From Alphaproteobacteria bacterium (GTDB lineage Bacteria > Pseudomonadota > Alphaproteobacteria > CADEGL01): a stretch of 64,000 bases of DNA. How positions within the stretch are numbered: position 1 is the first letter of the stretch; each line of letters begins with the position of its first letter. The translations under genes were made by a program, and so were the position numbers. Of this stretch, positions 18,665 to 28,538 are shown one piece after another. The notes below the pieces were generated by a model, which saw only the letters and a program-made list of their open reading frames with translations, was not told where the DNA came from and ran no database searches. The DNA is taken from the NCBI GenBank assembly GCA_026400755.1, contig JAPLOM010000030.1, positions 7,145-71,144 on the forward strand. Reading direction: 5' to 3'.

Positions 18665-20347
18665 ATGATGACGGCGAAAACCAGAACAGGCGCGCAATAC
18701 ATCGCCGAGGCGCTGTGCGCCTATGGCGTGACCCACACGTTCTTTGTCGACGCCATCCTTCGCCGTGGCCTGATCGAGATGGAAAAGCGCGACGTCACGC
18801 GCGTCTTGACCCACACGGAAAAGGCGGCGGCCTATATGGCCGACGGATATTCGCGCGCGGCGGGCCGCATTGGCGTCTGCATGGCCCAGGCCGTGGGTGC
18901 GGCCAACCTGGCGTCGGGCCTGCAGGATGCGTTCTTCGCGCGCTCGGCCGTGCTGGCCATCACGGGTCACAAGGCGTATCCGCTGGTTCACCGCCATGCG
19001 TACCAGGAGCTTCCGCACGAGCCGCTGTTCCGTCCCGTCACGCGCTTCTCCGCCCAGGTCGAGACGGCCGCGCAGTTGCCGTTCCTGCTGCGCCAAGCGG
19101 TGCGCGAGGCCACGGGACCCACGCCCGGGCCCGCACATCTCGATTTCAGCGGGCATATGGGCGAGCTGGTCGATATGGACGAGGTGACCGGTCCGCTCGA
19201 GGTCGATGCGCGCCACGCGCATTATCCGGCCTATCGCTATGTGCCGCCGATGGAAGAGATCGAAGCGGCGGCGAACATGATCGGCGCGGCGCAGCGGCCG
19301 GTGCTGGTGATCGGCACGGGCGCCGCGCAGTCGGGCGCCGGGGCTGAGCTGCTCGCGCTCGCGAACCGCACGGGCGCGCCCATTGCCATGTCGCTCGGCG
19401 CCAAGGGTCTGATCTCCGACCGCGACCCGGTGAATGTGGGCATCATGGGCCACTACTCGGCGCCCCATACGAACAAGACTGTCTACCAGGCCGATCTGGT
19501 CGTGTTTGTCGGCTGCTATGCGGGCGATCTGGTGACCGACAAGTGGCGCATCCCGGCGCCCGGCACGCGCGTGCTGCAGATCGATCCCAACCCGGCGGAG
19601 TTGGGCCGCAACTACCGCGACGCGGTCGGGTTGTGCGGCGATCCGAAGTTGACTCTGGCGTTGCTCGCCAAACGCTGTCCGGCGCGCGCCGATCAATCCT
19701 GGCTCAAGAAGGCGCAAGTCCTGCGCGCCGAATGGCAGGCCCAGATCGCGCCGCGCTTGCGCTCGGACGCGCGCCCCATCGCGGTCGAGCGGCTGTGCCA
19801 CGAATTGACGAACGCGTTGCCGCGCGATGCGATCCTGGTCGCCGACACGGGCTATAGCGGCGTCTGGACGGGCACGTTGGTCGACACCAACGGGGCGGGG
19901 CAGACGTATCTGCGCGCGGCGGGCTCGTTGGGCTGGGCGTTTCCGGCCGCGATGGGCGCCAAGTGCGCGGCGCCCGACCGGCCCGTGGTCTGTTTCTCCG
20001 GGGACGGTGCGTTCTACTACCACATGGCGGAGTTGGAGACGGCCAAGCGCTGGAACATCCCACTCACCGTCGTCATCAACAACAACTCGGCGCTCGGCCA
20101 GTGCATCGCGGGCGTGCGCGACCTTTACAAGGGCAACAACGGCCGTGTCGGTGACATGTACGATTTCGTGCCGGTGAATTTCGCCAACATCGCCGAGGAG
20201 TTCGGCTGCAAGGGCATCCGGGTTGAGAATCCGTCCGACCTTGGCGACGCGCTGCGCGCTGGCATCGCGTCGGGCGTGCCGTGCGTCATCGACGTGGCGA
20301 CCGACCCCGAGGCGATCGCGCCCGAGGCGTGGGCGCCGCCGGCCTAG
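18665..20347 (+). CDS. Thiamine diphosphate-dependent enzyme, acetolactate synthase large-subunit-like
   Basis: HTEKAAAYMADGYSRA, GAANLASGL, GSLGWAFPAAMGAK and ThDP motif GDGAFYY...NN. True start near 18665 within ORF 17261..20347. Confidence 0.9.
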   Translation: MMTAKTRTGAQYIAEALCAYGVTHTFFVDAILRRGLIEMEKRDVTRVLTHTEKAAAYMADGYSRAAGRIGVCMAQAVGAANLASGLQDAFFARSAVLAITGHKAYPLVHRHAYQELPHEPLFRPVTRFSAQVETAAQLPFLLRQAVREATGPTPGPAHLDFSGHMGELVDMDEVTGPLEVDARHAHYPAYRYVPPMEEIEAAANMIGAAQRPVLVIGTGAAQSGAGAELLALANRTGAPIAMSLGAKGLISDRDPVNVGIMGHYSAPHTNKTVYQADLVVFVGCYAGDLVTDKWRIPAPGTRVLQIDPNPAELGRNYRDAVGLCGDPKLTLALLAKRCPARADQSWLKKAQVLRAEWQAQIAPRLRSDARPIAVERLCHELTNALPRDAILVADTGYSGVWTGTLVDTNGAGQTYLRAAGSLGWAFPAAMGAKCAAPDRPVVCFSGDGAFYYHMAELETAKRWNIPLTVVINNNSALGQCIAGVRDLYKGNNGRVGDMYDFVPVNFANIAEEFGCKGIRVENPSDLGDALRAGIASGVPCVIDVATDPEAIAPEAWAPPA

Positions 20348-20808
20348 GGCTTCGGTTTTCCGTCGAGGAAGGCGGCCACGCGCGGATCGGCGCGCAAGCC
20401 CTTCAGCTCCTCGTCGCTCGGCAGGCGCGGCTTGTCGCGCTCCGCGTTCACCATGCACAAGAAGCCCAAGGGCTCGCCCTTGGTCGCGCGGAACTGGTGC
20501 CAGGTCATGGGCTGGATGGTGACCAGGTCGTGCGGTTTCACTTCGCGCACGTCGCCGCCGACCAGGCAGTGGCCATGGCCGCGGAAGACCATCACGGCAT
20601 GGACATGCTCGTGCCGCTCGAGCGTCGAATAGCCGCCCGCGTCCATCTCGAAATAGCGCAGCTCGCACTTGAGGGTGGGGTCTGCGAACAGGATCTGGCG
20701 CGAGATGGCCAGGAAGGGCGCGCTGCCCTCCTCTTTGTAGGCCATGCGGTCGACGCCTTCCCAGCGGAAGCCGCCGTCGGTGGGCCGGAAGGGGTTGGAA
20801 CCGGTCAT
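20344..20808 (-). CDS. Cupin protein, probable methylthio-xylulose-5-phosphate methylsulfurylase
   Basis: Cupin motifs LERHEHVHAV and PMTWHQF; 11 nt downstream of the RLP, as in the R. rubrum shunt. Confidence 0.75.
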   Translation of the reverse strand: MTGSNPFRPTDGGFRWEGVDRMAYKEEGSAPFLAISRQILFADPTLKCELRYFEMDAGGYSTLERHEHVHAVMVFRGHGHCLVGGDVREVKPHDLVTIQPMTWHQFRATKGEPLGFLCMVNAERDKPRLPSDEELKGLRADPRVAAFLDGKPKP

Positions 20809-20818
20809 TTTCGCGCCT

Positions 20819-21907
20819 TCAATGCAGTTTGGTATCCGTGACCTTGTGCACGAACGCCGCCGTCTCCTCCGTCAGGCGCTCGCGCGCGGCAAGCAGCCCT
20901 CCGCCGATCAGCAGCATGACGTCCGTGCCGTAGAATTCCAGCATCTCCGGCACGCGGTCGACGGTCATGCCACCCGCCGGCACGGGCACGGCGGGCTTGA
21001 GCCCGTCCCAGGGATCGAGAGCCGCCCGGGCCAGGTCCTTGCAGGTTTGGGTCGAATAGCTGAAGCGTCCGCCATGATTGGGAAATACGCTCGCATCGGC
21101 GCCAAACAAGCGGAACAGCTTGCCGAGGAGCAGCGGCGGGGCGATCCGCGCAGCGCCGGCCAGGGCCGGATGGGCCATGAAGCCCATCGCCGGAAACTCC
21201 TTCACCAGCGTGTGGAAGGCGGGCAACCCCACCACCATCGGCGCGATCAGCACCGTGTCCAGCCCTTCGTCGCGCGCGAGCCGTACCTGCTTGCGAAGCT
21301 GGTCCAGATTGCCCGACAGGCTGGGCAGATAGCGGGTCTTGGTGCCCGCCGCGCGCACGGCCTTGGCGCAGGCCGCGACGCGCGCGGCGAAGGGGCTATA
21401 AGCCTGATCGGCCAGGCCGTGATCGTCCTTGATGAAATCGATCCCGCCTTGCGCCATGCGGCCGGCCAAGGCGCCCAGCGCCTCCGCCGGCAGCCCTTGC
21501 GGCTTCAGCGCCGAGCAGGTCATGGCGCGCTTCTCCGCCCCGCAGCGCGCGCGCAGGCCCGCGAGCCCCTGGTTGGGGCCGCCGAAGCCCGCGGCGACGT
21601 GGGATGGCACAAGCACATCTTGCAAGGTCACGTCGTCATGGATCGAGGTGTTGCCGAACAGCATGTTCATGAACTGGCCGACCTCGGGCCCGGTGGTCGC
21701 CGTGGCCAGGCCGATGCGAACTTCGAACGCACCATCCCCGGCCGGCGTGATGGCGTCGACCTGGCCGACGATATTGTCCAGCACATGCGAATCGTCGATG
21801 GCCGCGACCGGCATCTCGACGCTCTGCTCCACCGCGATGGTCTTGGCGCGGCTTTCGATGGCGGCGGCGTCGCTGCGGACGCGGTAGACGGCCGTGATTC
21901 TCGGCAT
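20819..21907 (-). CDS. rlpA: RuBisCO-like protein (form IV), R. rubrum-type methylthioribulose-1-phosphate isomerase
   Basis: 362 aa; EQSVEMP, NMLFGNTS, CSALKPQGL, GGIDFIKDDHG (KDDH), AHPALAG, FPNHGGRF, PVPAGGM. Confidence 0.9.
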   Translation of the reverse strand: MPRITAVYRVRSDAAAIESRAKTIAVEQSVEMPVAAIDDSHVLDNIVGQVDAITPAGDGAFEVRIGLATATTGPEVGQFMNMLFGNTSIHDDVTLQDVLVPSHVAAGFGGPNQGLAGLRARCGAEKRAMTCSALKPQGLPAEALGALAGRMAQGGIDFIKDDHGLADQAYSPFAARVAACAKAVRAAGTKTRYLPSLSGNLDQLRKQVRLARDEGLDTVLIAPMVVGLPAFHTLVKEFPAMGFMAHPALAGAARIAPPLLLGKLFRLFGADASVFPNHGGRFSYSTQTCKDLARAALDPWDGLKPAVPVPAGGMTVDRVPEMLEFYGTDVMLLIGGGLLAARERLTEETAAFVHKVTDTKLH

Positions 21908-22016
21908 GGACGATATCGTTTCTTGTGGCCCCGATGGCGCCAGCCTCTCTGGGGCCGGTCGCGCTAGGTTGTATCTGGCCTGCCCGACCCCATGCCGTAA
22001 AGGGGCTGAATCGAAA

Positions 22017-22043
22017 CGCCGCCGGCCTTGGAAGCCGGCGGCG
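22017..22043 (-). terminator. Terminator hairpin after the small lipoprotein gene
   Basis: CGCCGCCGGC-N7-GCCGGCGGCG 10-bp stem, followed by TTTCG on the minus strand. Confidence 0.55.
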
Positions 22044-22070
22044 TCCGGATTTTGCGGTTTTAGCCGCTTG

Positions 22071-22385
22071 CTACATCACGAGCGGGCCGCACTTGCGGTA
22101 GGAAATCCATTTCTTGGCGTACATGCATTTCTCGAACTCTTCGGCCTGGCTGGGGGGCGGGCAGGACTTCGCCGACTCATCGAACTCCGCCTGGCCGCGG
22201 TTACCGGAGAATTGCTCCAATTTACCGTCGTCAGTGACCTTGGTGGTCACGCAGTTGCCCGAATTGTCCATCGGCACAAAGTAATTGCCCTTCACCGGGC
22301 CGCCGCACGACGCCAGCAGGGTCATGCCCCCCAGAATCAGGGCGGCGCATGCGGTCTTGGCCGAGGTTTTGCCCAAAAACACCAT
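22071..22385 (-). CDS. Small cysteine-rich lipoprotein, hypothetical
   Basis: Lipobox LASC after a hydrophobic stretch, four further Cys, followed by a terminator. Confidence 0.65.
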   Translation of the reverse strand: MVFLGKTSAKTACAALILGGMTLLASCGGPVKGNYFVPMDNSGNCVTTKVTDDGKLEQFSGNRGQAEFDESAKSCPPPSQAEEFEKCMYAKKWISYRKCGPLVM

Positions 22386-22680
22386 GTTTCTTCTCCGGAA
22401 TGGCGAGGAACTTGGCCGACGATCACCGGTAATCCCCCCGGGTCGGCCGTTTGATCGGGGCGCAATGTCACCTGCGCGCCTTCCCCGCGCAAGAGGCCAG
22501 CCGAGGCTGCCCGGCGGCCAAGTTTCCTATCCCTTTGTATAGGGTGGATTATGCTTTTATCCGGGGGCTTTGACGGCCAGTGGGCCCGCAGATTGCTGGA
22601 GAGGGAATATACGGATCATCTGCCGGCGAGGGGTGGTTCGTGATTGCAGGCCGCGAACGCGGCGTTGACGGAAGCTTCGT

Positions 22681-25600
22681 ATGACTCGGCCGCGCGTTCT
22701 GTTCGTAGCGGATGAGGAGGCTGGATCGTCGCTCCAGCATCTTCTCGATGCGTGCGACCGGGCCACCCGCCGATGCGTGTCCGACGACGAGACGCTGGGA
22801 CGCGCGTTGGCGGAGGCGGAGTGGGACGCGGTTGTCACGGTCCAACCTTTTGCGCGGCTTTCCATCGACGCGATCCTGAGTGCTCTTCGCGACCGTCACC
22901 TGCAGACGCCCGTGATCGCTGTCGTCGGTGACATCGACGCGGAAGCCGCGGCCGATCTCATACATGCCGGTGCACGCGACGTCGTCGCGATGAACAATGT
23001 CGCGCGTCTGCGCGTGGCTCTTGAGCGCGAGGCAGGTGGCGCGGCGCCTCGGCGGGATTTCGCGGACGCGAAGCAGCTCTTGGAGAATATCGCGCTGCAC
23101 GTCCCCGGTGACATCTATCGCCGGGTTCTGCACGCGGACGGGCGCGTCACGTATCCCTTCACGAGTGAGGGTTTCATCCGGCGCCTAGGCTATGGCGCGG
23201 CCGATATCGAAGCGGACGCGGGCTTGTTCGCCGAAATGGTCTACAAGGAAGACCGCGAGGCGTACCGGAGCGCTTACGCCAACTCCGCCCAATCACTCAC
23301 CCCGTTTGACCACCGTTGGCGCGTTCGCGCGAAGTCCGCCGGCCATCGCTGGGTGCACGGCATTGCCGGTGTCCGGCGCTTGGACAACGGGGACGTCGTT
23401 TGGGACGGCATCACCATCGACGTCACGCGCGAAATGGAAAGTGAAAGCCGCCTCCACAATCTCGCGGCCAGCGTTCCTGGCGTGATCTATCAACGGATCG
23501 ATCACGTCGATGGACAGGTCAGCTATCCCTTCGTCAGTTCCGGAGTCGCCGGTCTGTTCGGCTACGAGCCGCGTGAGATCATGAGCAACCCCGAGATTTT
23601 CTCCAGCGCGGTGCTGGGCGAGAGCGCCGCGGAATACAAACGCGTCATGACGGAAGCGGCGCGCACGCTGACCCCATACCGATGGTTCGGCAAGGAACTT
23701 GCGCGCGATGGGCGCGAGATCTGGACCCAGGTCATCGCGCGCCCGACGCGGTTGGAGAACGGCGATGTACGCTGGGACAGCGTTCTTCTCGACATGTCGG
23801 AGCAAAGGAGAATGGAAAGCGCGCTGCGCGAATCCGAGACGCGCCTCGCCAATATCGCCGACAATCTTCCCGGCAGCGTGTTCAGCCGCGTCCTGCACGC
23901 CGACGGAACGATGACCTATCCCTATGCCAGCGGTTACATGGAACGGGAGTTCGGCATCGGGCGAACCGATAAGGGCGGCTTCGTCAACGCCATCCATCCC
24001 GACGATCGTGCAACATGGGAAAAGGCCGTGGTCGATTCAGTGGCGCGGTGTGCACCGTTCGACCTGACCTACCGCTTGCGCACCGCGGCCGGCGATGTTC
24101 GCTGGGTCCAAACGCGCGCCAGTGTTCGCATCCTGCCGAGCGGCGAAGCGGCTTGGGACGGCATCACGCTGGATGTGACCGACTACCAAAAGTCCGAGCA
24201 AGCTTTGCGGGAGCGAACCGCGCAATTGGAAAGCCTGGCTTCCAATATTCCCGGCGTCGTCTATCGGAGAGTCCAGTATTCCGACGGGCGCGTGGTGTTT
24301 CCGTATATCAGCAAGGGGGCAAAGGACATTTACGGCTATTCGGCCGAAGAGTTGATGGCCGACCCCACGCCCTTTCGTAACGCGGCGTTGCAGGAAGATC
24401 AGGAATGGCACGACAAGGGGGCCGAGCTTTCCGCCGAAGCCATGCAGCCATGGGTCTGGGAAGGCCGTATCCGCCGCAAGGACGGACGGTTGCGGTGGGT
24501 CCATGTCCATGCCCGCCCACACCCGTTGCCCGACGGCGCCGTTGCTTGGGATGGATTCGTGCTCGACATCACCAGCCGCACGCTGGCCGAGCAGGCCGCG
24601 CGCGAAACAGCCAGTCAGATCGAAAGTCTCGCGGCCAATCTGCCTGGCGTCGTCTTCCGGCGTGTTCAATATCCTGACGGGCGATACGAATACCCCTTTA
24701 TCAGCCCTCGGGTGCGCGACCTGTGCGGCTATTCCGCGCAGGAGCTGATGGCCGATCCGTCGCCGTTCCAGGCGGTGGCCACGGAGGCCGAGCAGCGCGA
24801 GCACGATGCTTTGGCCGCGCATTCGGCGCGCACCATGCAGCCGTGGCAGATGGAATGCCGCATCCGCCATCGCGACGGAAGCCTCAAATGGATTCACTTC
24901 TGGACCCAGCCGCACAAGCGCGAGGATGGCGCCGTGGTGTGGGACGGCGTGACGATGGACGTCACGGACCGGAAGCTCTCGGAGGTCGAGTTGGACGCGC
25001 TGGCGCGTCAACAATCCGCTGTCGTGGCCTTGGGGCAGCATGCGCTGGGCGGAACATTGCCCACCTTGTTCGAGGCCGCCGTCGAGGCTATCGCCATCAC
25101 CCTTTCGGCCGATCTGGCCAGCGTGCTCGAACTTGACACACGCCATGAAGCCTTGCGCTTGATCGCGGCGCGCGGCTGGCCGGAAGGGTCGGTCGGGAAG
25201 AGCGCGTTTCCCAACGACGAGAGTGTTCCCGCCGGCCATGCTCTCAAAACACGGCGGCCGGTTATGATCTCGAACGCCGCGGAGGATACGCGCTTCAAAC
25301 TTCCGCCAGCTCTAAAGGCACAGGGCGTGGTCAGTGGGTTGAGCATCGCCATCGGCCCTCCCGAACGTCCCTTCGGCGCCCTGTCCGCGTATACACGGCA
25401 ACAACGCGACTTCTCCATGCAGGATGCGGATTTCCTGCGTGCGGTGGCCAACGTGCTGGCCGCCGCCGTCGAACGCGCGCGAACCGAGCAGGACAGGCGC
25501 AGGCTTTCCGGCGTCGTCGAGCAAAGTCCGAACGCCATTGTTATCGCCGACGCGAACGGCCTGGTTGAGTATGTCAATCAAGCGCACGAAACGATGACCG

Positions 25601-26625
25601 GGTTTCGCCGGGATGAATTCGTGGGCGCCCATATCCTGCCTTGGGCGAACCGCAAGGCGCGGGACGGACAGAGCCGGGCCATCCGGGAGGCCGTTCTCTC
25701 GGGCGAGACATGGAGTGGCGAACGCCTAGAACGGCGCAAAACCGGAGAGGCGTTCTGGTGCCGGGAAATGATCATGGGCGTTCGTGACAACGCGGGGCAG
25801 GTCACCAGCGTGGCGTCGATTCTCGAAGATGTCAGCGAGCGCAAACAGGCCGAAGCCCAACTCGCACAAGTGTCTAAGCTTAGCACGCTGGGCGAAATGG
25901 CGTCCGGTCTGACTCATGAGCTCAATCAGCCGCTCAACATCATCCGCATGGCCGCGGACAGTTGCCTGATTCTCATGGAGGAAAACGGCGCCGACCCTGA
26001 GCACCAGGCGCAGCAGCTCGAGATCATCAGCGGCCAAACCGAGCGCATGGCCGAGATCATCAACCACATGCGCATTTTCAGCCGGAGGGACCGGATCGAG
26101 GTCGAGCCGTTCGATCCCTCGAACAGCGCGCGCGCGGCCATTCGCCTCGTATCGGAGCAATTGCGATTGTCGGAGATTGAACTCGTAACCAACGTTCCGG
26201 ACACGTGCCGGCCTGTCTTGGGGCATCCGTTGCGGCTTGAGCAGGTGGTGATCAACCTACTGAACAACGCCAAGGATGCCGCGCAAGAGCAGCGTGGACG
26301 AAGCGTGGACCAGGGCAAGATCGAGCTCGAACTGGTCGACGACCGGAAGACGAGCACCATCGGTATCCGGGTGACTGACGACGGAGGCGGCATCGCGCCC
26401 GACGTGCTCGAGCATATCTTCGAACCGTTTTACACGACCAAGGATCCTGGCAAAGGGACGGGGCTTGGGCTTTCGATCGTCTATGCGATCGTCACATCCA
26501 TGGGCGGAGCGATCTCGGCGGAAAATACGGGTAACGGCGCACGTTTTACCATCTCGTTGCCGGTCGATCCGGGTTTCGGAGCCAAGCGTCAGCGCCGCGC
26601 GGTCAAGCGGGATGGCAAGGCGTGA
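22681..26625 (+). CDS. Multi-sensor histidine kinase: pseudo-receiver, 5 tandem PAS, GAF, PAS, HisKA, HATPase
   Basis: Five repeats of (N/H)xPGxx(Y/F)xRxxxxDGxxxYPxxS, H-box LTHELNQPL, N-box QVVINLLNNAKDA, DDGGGI, FEPFYTTK, GTGLGL. Confidence 0.92.
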   Translation: MTRPRVLFVADEEAGSSLQHLLDACDRATRRCVSDDETLGRALAEAEWDAVVTVQPFARLSIDAILSALRDRHLQTPVIAVVGDIDAEAAADLIHAGARDVVAMNNVARLRVALEREAGGAAPRRDFADAKQLLENIALHVPGDIYRRVLHADGRVTYPFTSEGFIRRLGYGAADIEADAGLFAEMVYKEDREAYRSAYANSAQSLTPFDHRWRVRAKSAGHRWVHGIAGVRRLDNGDVVWDGITIDVTREMESESRLHNLAASVPGVIYQRIDHVDGQVSYPFVSSGVAGLFGYEPREIMSNPEIFSSAVLGESAAEYKRVMTEAARTLTPYRWFGKELARDGREIWTQVIARPTRLENGDVRWDSVLLDMSEQRRMESALRESETRLANIADNLPGSVFSRVLHADGTMTYPYASGYMEREFGIGRTDKGGFVNAIHPDDRATWEKAVVDSVARCAPFDLTYRLRTAAGDVRWVQTRASVRILPSGEAAWDGITLDVTDYQKSEQALRERTAQLESLASNIPGVVYRRVQYSDGRVVFPYISKGAKDIYGYSAEELMADPTPFRNAALQEDQEWHDKGAELSAEAMQPWVWEGRIRRKDGRLRWVHVHARPHPLPDGAVAWDGFVLDITSRTLAEQAARETASQIESLAANLPGVVFRRVQYPDGRYEYPFISPRVRDLCGYSAQELMADPSPFQAVATEAEQREHDALAAHSARTMQPWQMECRIRHRDGSLKWIHFWTQPHKREDGAVVWDGVTMDVTDRKLSEVELDALARQQSAVVALGQHALGGTLPTLFEAAVEAIAITLSADLASVLELDTRHEALRLIAARGWPEGSVGKSAFPNDESVPAGHALKTRRPVMISNAAEDTRFKLPPALKAQGVVSGLSIAIGPPERPFGALSAYTRQQRDFSMQDADFLRAVANVLAAAVERARTEQDRRRLSGVVEQSPNAIVIADANGLVEYVNQAHETMTGFRRDEFVGAHILPWANRKARDGQSRAIREAVLSGETWSGERLERRKTGEAFWCREMIMGVRDNAGQVTSVASILEDVSERKQAEAQLAQVSKLSTLGEMASGLTHELNQPLNIIRMAADSCLILMEENGADPEHQAQQLEIISGQTERMAEIINHMRIFSRRDRIEVEPFDPSNSARAAIRLVSEQLRLSEIELVTNVPDTCRPVLGHPLRLEQVVINLLNNAKDAAQEQRGRSVDQGKIELELVDDRKTSTIGIRVTDDGGGIAPDVLEHIFEPFYTTKDPGKGTGLGLSIVYAIVTSMGGAISAENTGNGARFTISLPVDPGFGAKRQRRAVKRDGKA

Positions 26626-27005
26626 GCGCTCCGCTCCATATCCTGATCGTCGATGACGAACCGCTGGCCGTTGCCGTGATCGGCGATTTCCTAGCGAGGA
26701 AGGGTCACCGGATCACTGTCGCTCACAGCGGTCAGGAGGCACTCGAATCTCACGCGCACGATCCCGCCGATCTGGTGATTACGGATATCCGGATGCCGGG
26801 GGGCGACGGGCACATGCTGATCGCGAAACTTCGCGAAGCTGATGCGAAATTACCGATCATCGTGGTGACGGGGCAGATCGAGCTGGGCGTGGCCGGTTTC
26901 GGTCAGGACCCGCCCGTCCTTAAGAAGCCCGTCGATCTCAGAAAGCTCGTGGCAATGATCGACCGCCTGCCACCTGCCGCGACCAAGGCCGCTTACGAGC
27001 GATAG
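26622..27005 (+). CDS. Single-domain response regulator
   Basis: LIVDDEP, DLVITDIRMPGGDG, VVTG, KKP; GTGA overlap with the kinase stop. Confidence 0.9.
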   Translation: MSAPLHILIVDDEPLAVAVIGDFLARKGHRITVAHSGQEALESHAHDPADLVITDIRMPGGDGHMLIAKLREADAKLPIIVVTGQIELGVAGFGQDPPVLKKPVDLRKLVAMIDRLPPAATKAAYER

Positions 27006-27744
27006 ATCCATGCCTTGTAAAAGCCGGCCGCGTAAAGCGGTTTGAAATGCAACTCGGCGCTGCCCCACGTCGCGATTTCATCCGTCCGGCCGTCGAGCAC
27101 GTAGGCGATCCCGTCCAATTCGACAACGGCCATCGCATGGGCCTTGCCGGTGATGGTGTCGGTGCCGACCACCAGACGAAGCTTGTCCGCGGAAACGCCG
27201 GCTTGCTTCAGCACCGCCAGTTTGGCGATCGCATGGTCTTCGCAATCGCCGCCGCCCGCGGCCAGCATCTCGACCGGAGTGGCCCAGTAATCCGATACGC
27301 CGTAAACCTCTTGATCGCTGCGGTACGGTACTGCGTTGATCAACTTATTCGTCGCCACGAACATGTCGAATCCGGATTGCGCCGCCACGTGTTCGACGAT
27401 GCGGCTGAAGGCGTCACGCACCTTCGCGGCCTGGTCGGCGGACATCGATGCAGGCGAGGTGCCGTTCAACTGAAGATCCATGCGCGTGATGGCGGCGTGC
27501 CATTTCGGAAACAGCGCGGCGTCCACGGTGCGGAAGGCGGTTCGTGCGAACGGTGTGGGATAGACGAGAGTCTCCGTGGCGCTGACCGGCCTCGGTACGG
27601 CGTAGGCCAATTGAACCAACGGCTGCGATCCGCGGCGGTGGCCGCGCGGGGTATGGCGCCAAGCGTCGCGGCGGCCAGCAACATGCAGGCGGCCGTCGCG
27701 CGAAGCGCATTTGAAGTTCCGCAGGCGGGTTCGAGGCGTCCCAT
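26993..27744 (-). pseudogene. Transglutaminase-like cysteine peptidase (BTLCP/LapG-like), frameshift at about 27630 between signal peptide and mature domain
   Basis: SDQEVYGVSDYWATPVE, GGGDCEDHAIAK (Cys), AHAMAVV (His), YVLDG (Asp). The signal peptide MLLAAATLGAIPRAATAA is in another frame (ORF 27466..27744). Confidence 0.75.
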
Positions 27745-27902
27745 GACCGTCCGTTGGAATGAAGCCTACGGGTGTGACAATTATCCGTGGCGCCGGACGG
27801 CGAAATTCCCGTGAGGCATGGTCGTAAAGGGCGGGTGTACCTTGGTACGGGATCGACCTATACTTTTGCCTGAGATCGGAAAAGGGGCTGGCTGTCAGGT
27901 CG

Positions 27903-28538
27903 ATGCGCGTTGTTCTTGCCGACGACCATGAATTGGTGCGAAGCGGTCTTCGTTTCCATCTGGAGCGCCTTGCGACCGACGTCGCGATCGTGGAAGCCGC
28001 CACATTGGACGAGGCTTTGATCGCGGCCAAGACGGCGGCCACCGATCTGATCATCCTCGACCTGGCCATGCCTGGCATGAACGGGACCGCTGGGCTCGAG
28101 CAGATGCGTGCGCGCCATCCGAATGTTCCCGTGGTCGTCCTGTCCGGCCGGACCGGCCGTGAAGACATCATGGGAGCCCTCAACCGCGGCGCGAACGGCT
28201 ATCTTCCAAAGACGCTGAGCGGCAAGGCGATGCTGGCCGCCTTGCGATTGGTGCTTTCCGGCGAGACATTCGTGCCGTCCATTTTCATGGAAGAGCGCTC
28301 CCGTTCTGGCAGTCGCGCCGAACCCGGTGCGGCGCCGGGCATGGATGCCTTGACCGAGCGCGAACGCGATGTTCTGGACTTCCTGTGCCAGGGCAAGGCG
28401 AACAAGGAGATCGCGCGTGACCTTGCGATCCGCGAGGTGACCGTCAAGGTCCATGTCGGCAACATCATGCGCAAATTAGGAGCTTCGAACCGCACCCAGG
28501 CCGTCCGGTTGGCGCTCGATTCGAAGGCCAGGACTTAA
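27903..28538 (+). CDS. NarL/LuxR family response regulator
   Basis: VLADDHELVRSG, LDLAMPGMNG, LTERERDVL...GKANKEIARDLAIREVTVKVHV. Confidence 0.93.
   Translation: MRVVLADDHELVRSGLRFHLERLATDVAIVEAATLDEALIAAKTAATDLIILDLAMPGMNGTAGLEQMRARHPNVPVVVLSGRTGREDIMGALNRGANGYLPKTLSGKAMLAALRLVLSGETFVPSIFMEERSRSGSRAEPGAAPGMDALTERERDVLDFLCQGKANKEIARDLAIREVTVKVHVGNIMRKLGASNRTQAVRLALDSKART

Noticed and set aside
20819-21907. CO2-fixing RuBisCO
   Set aside because: Too short (362 aa), KDDH instead of KDDE, and no cbb genes nearby; it is a form IV RLP.
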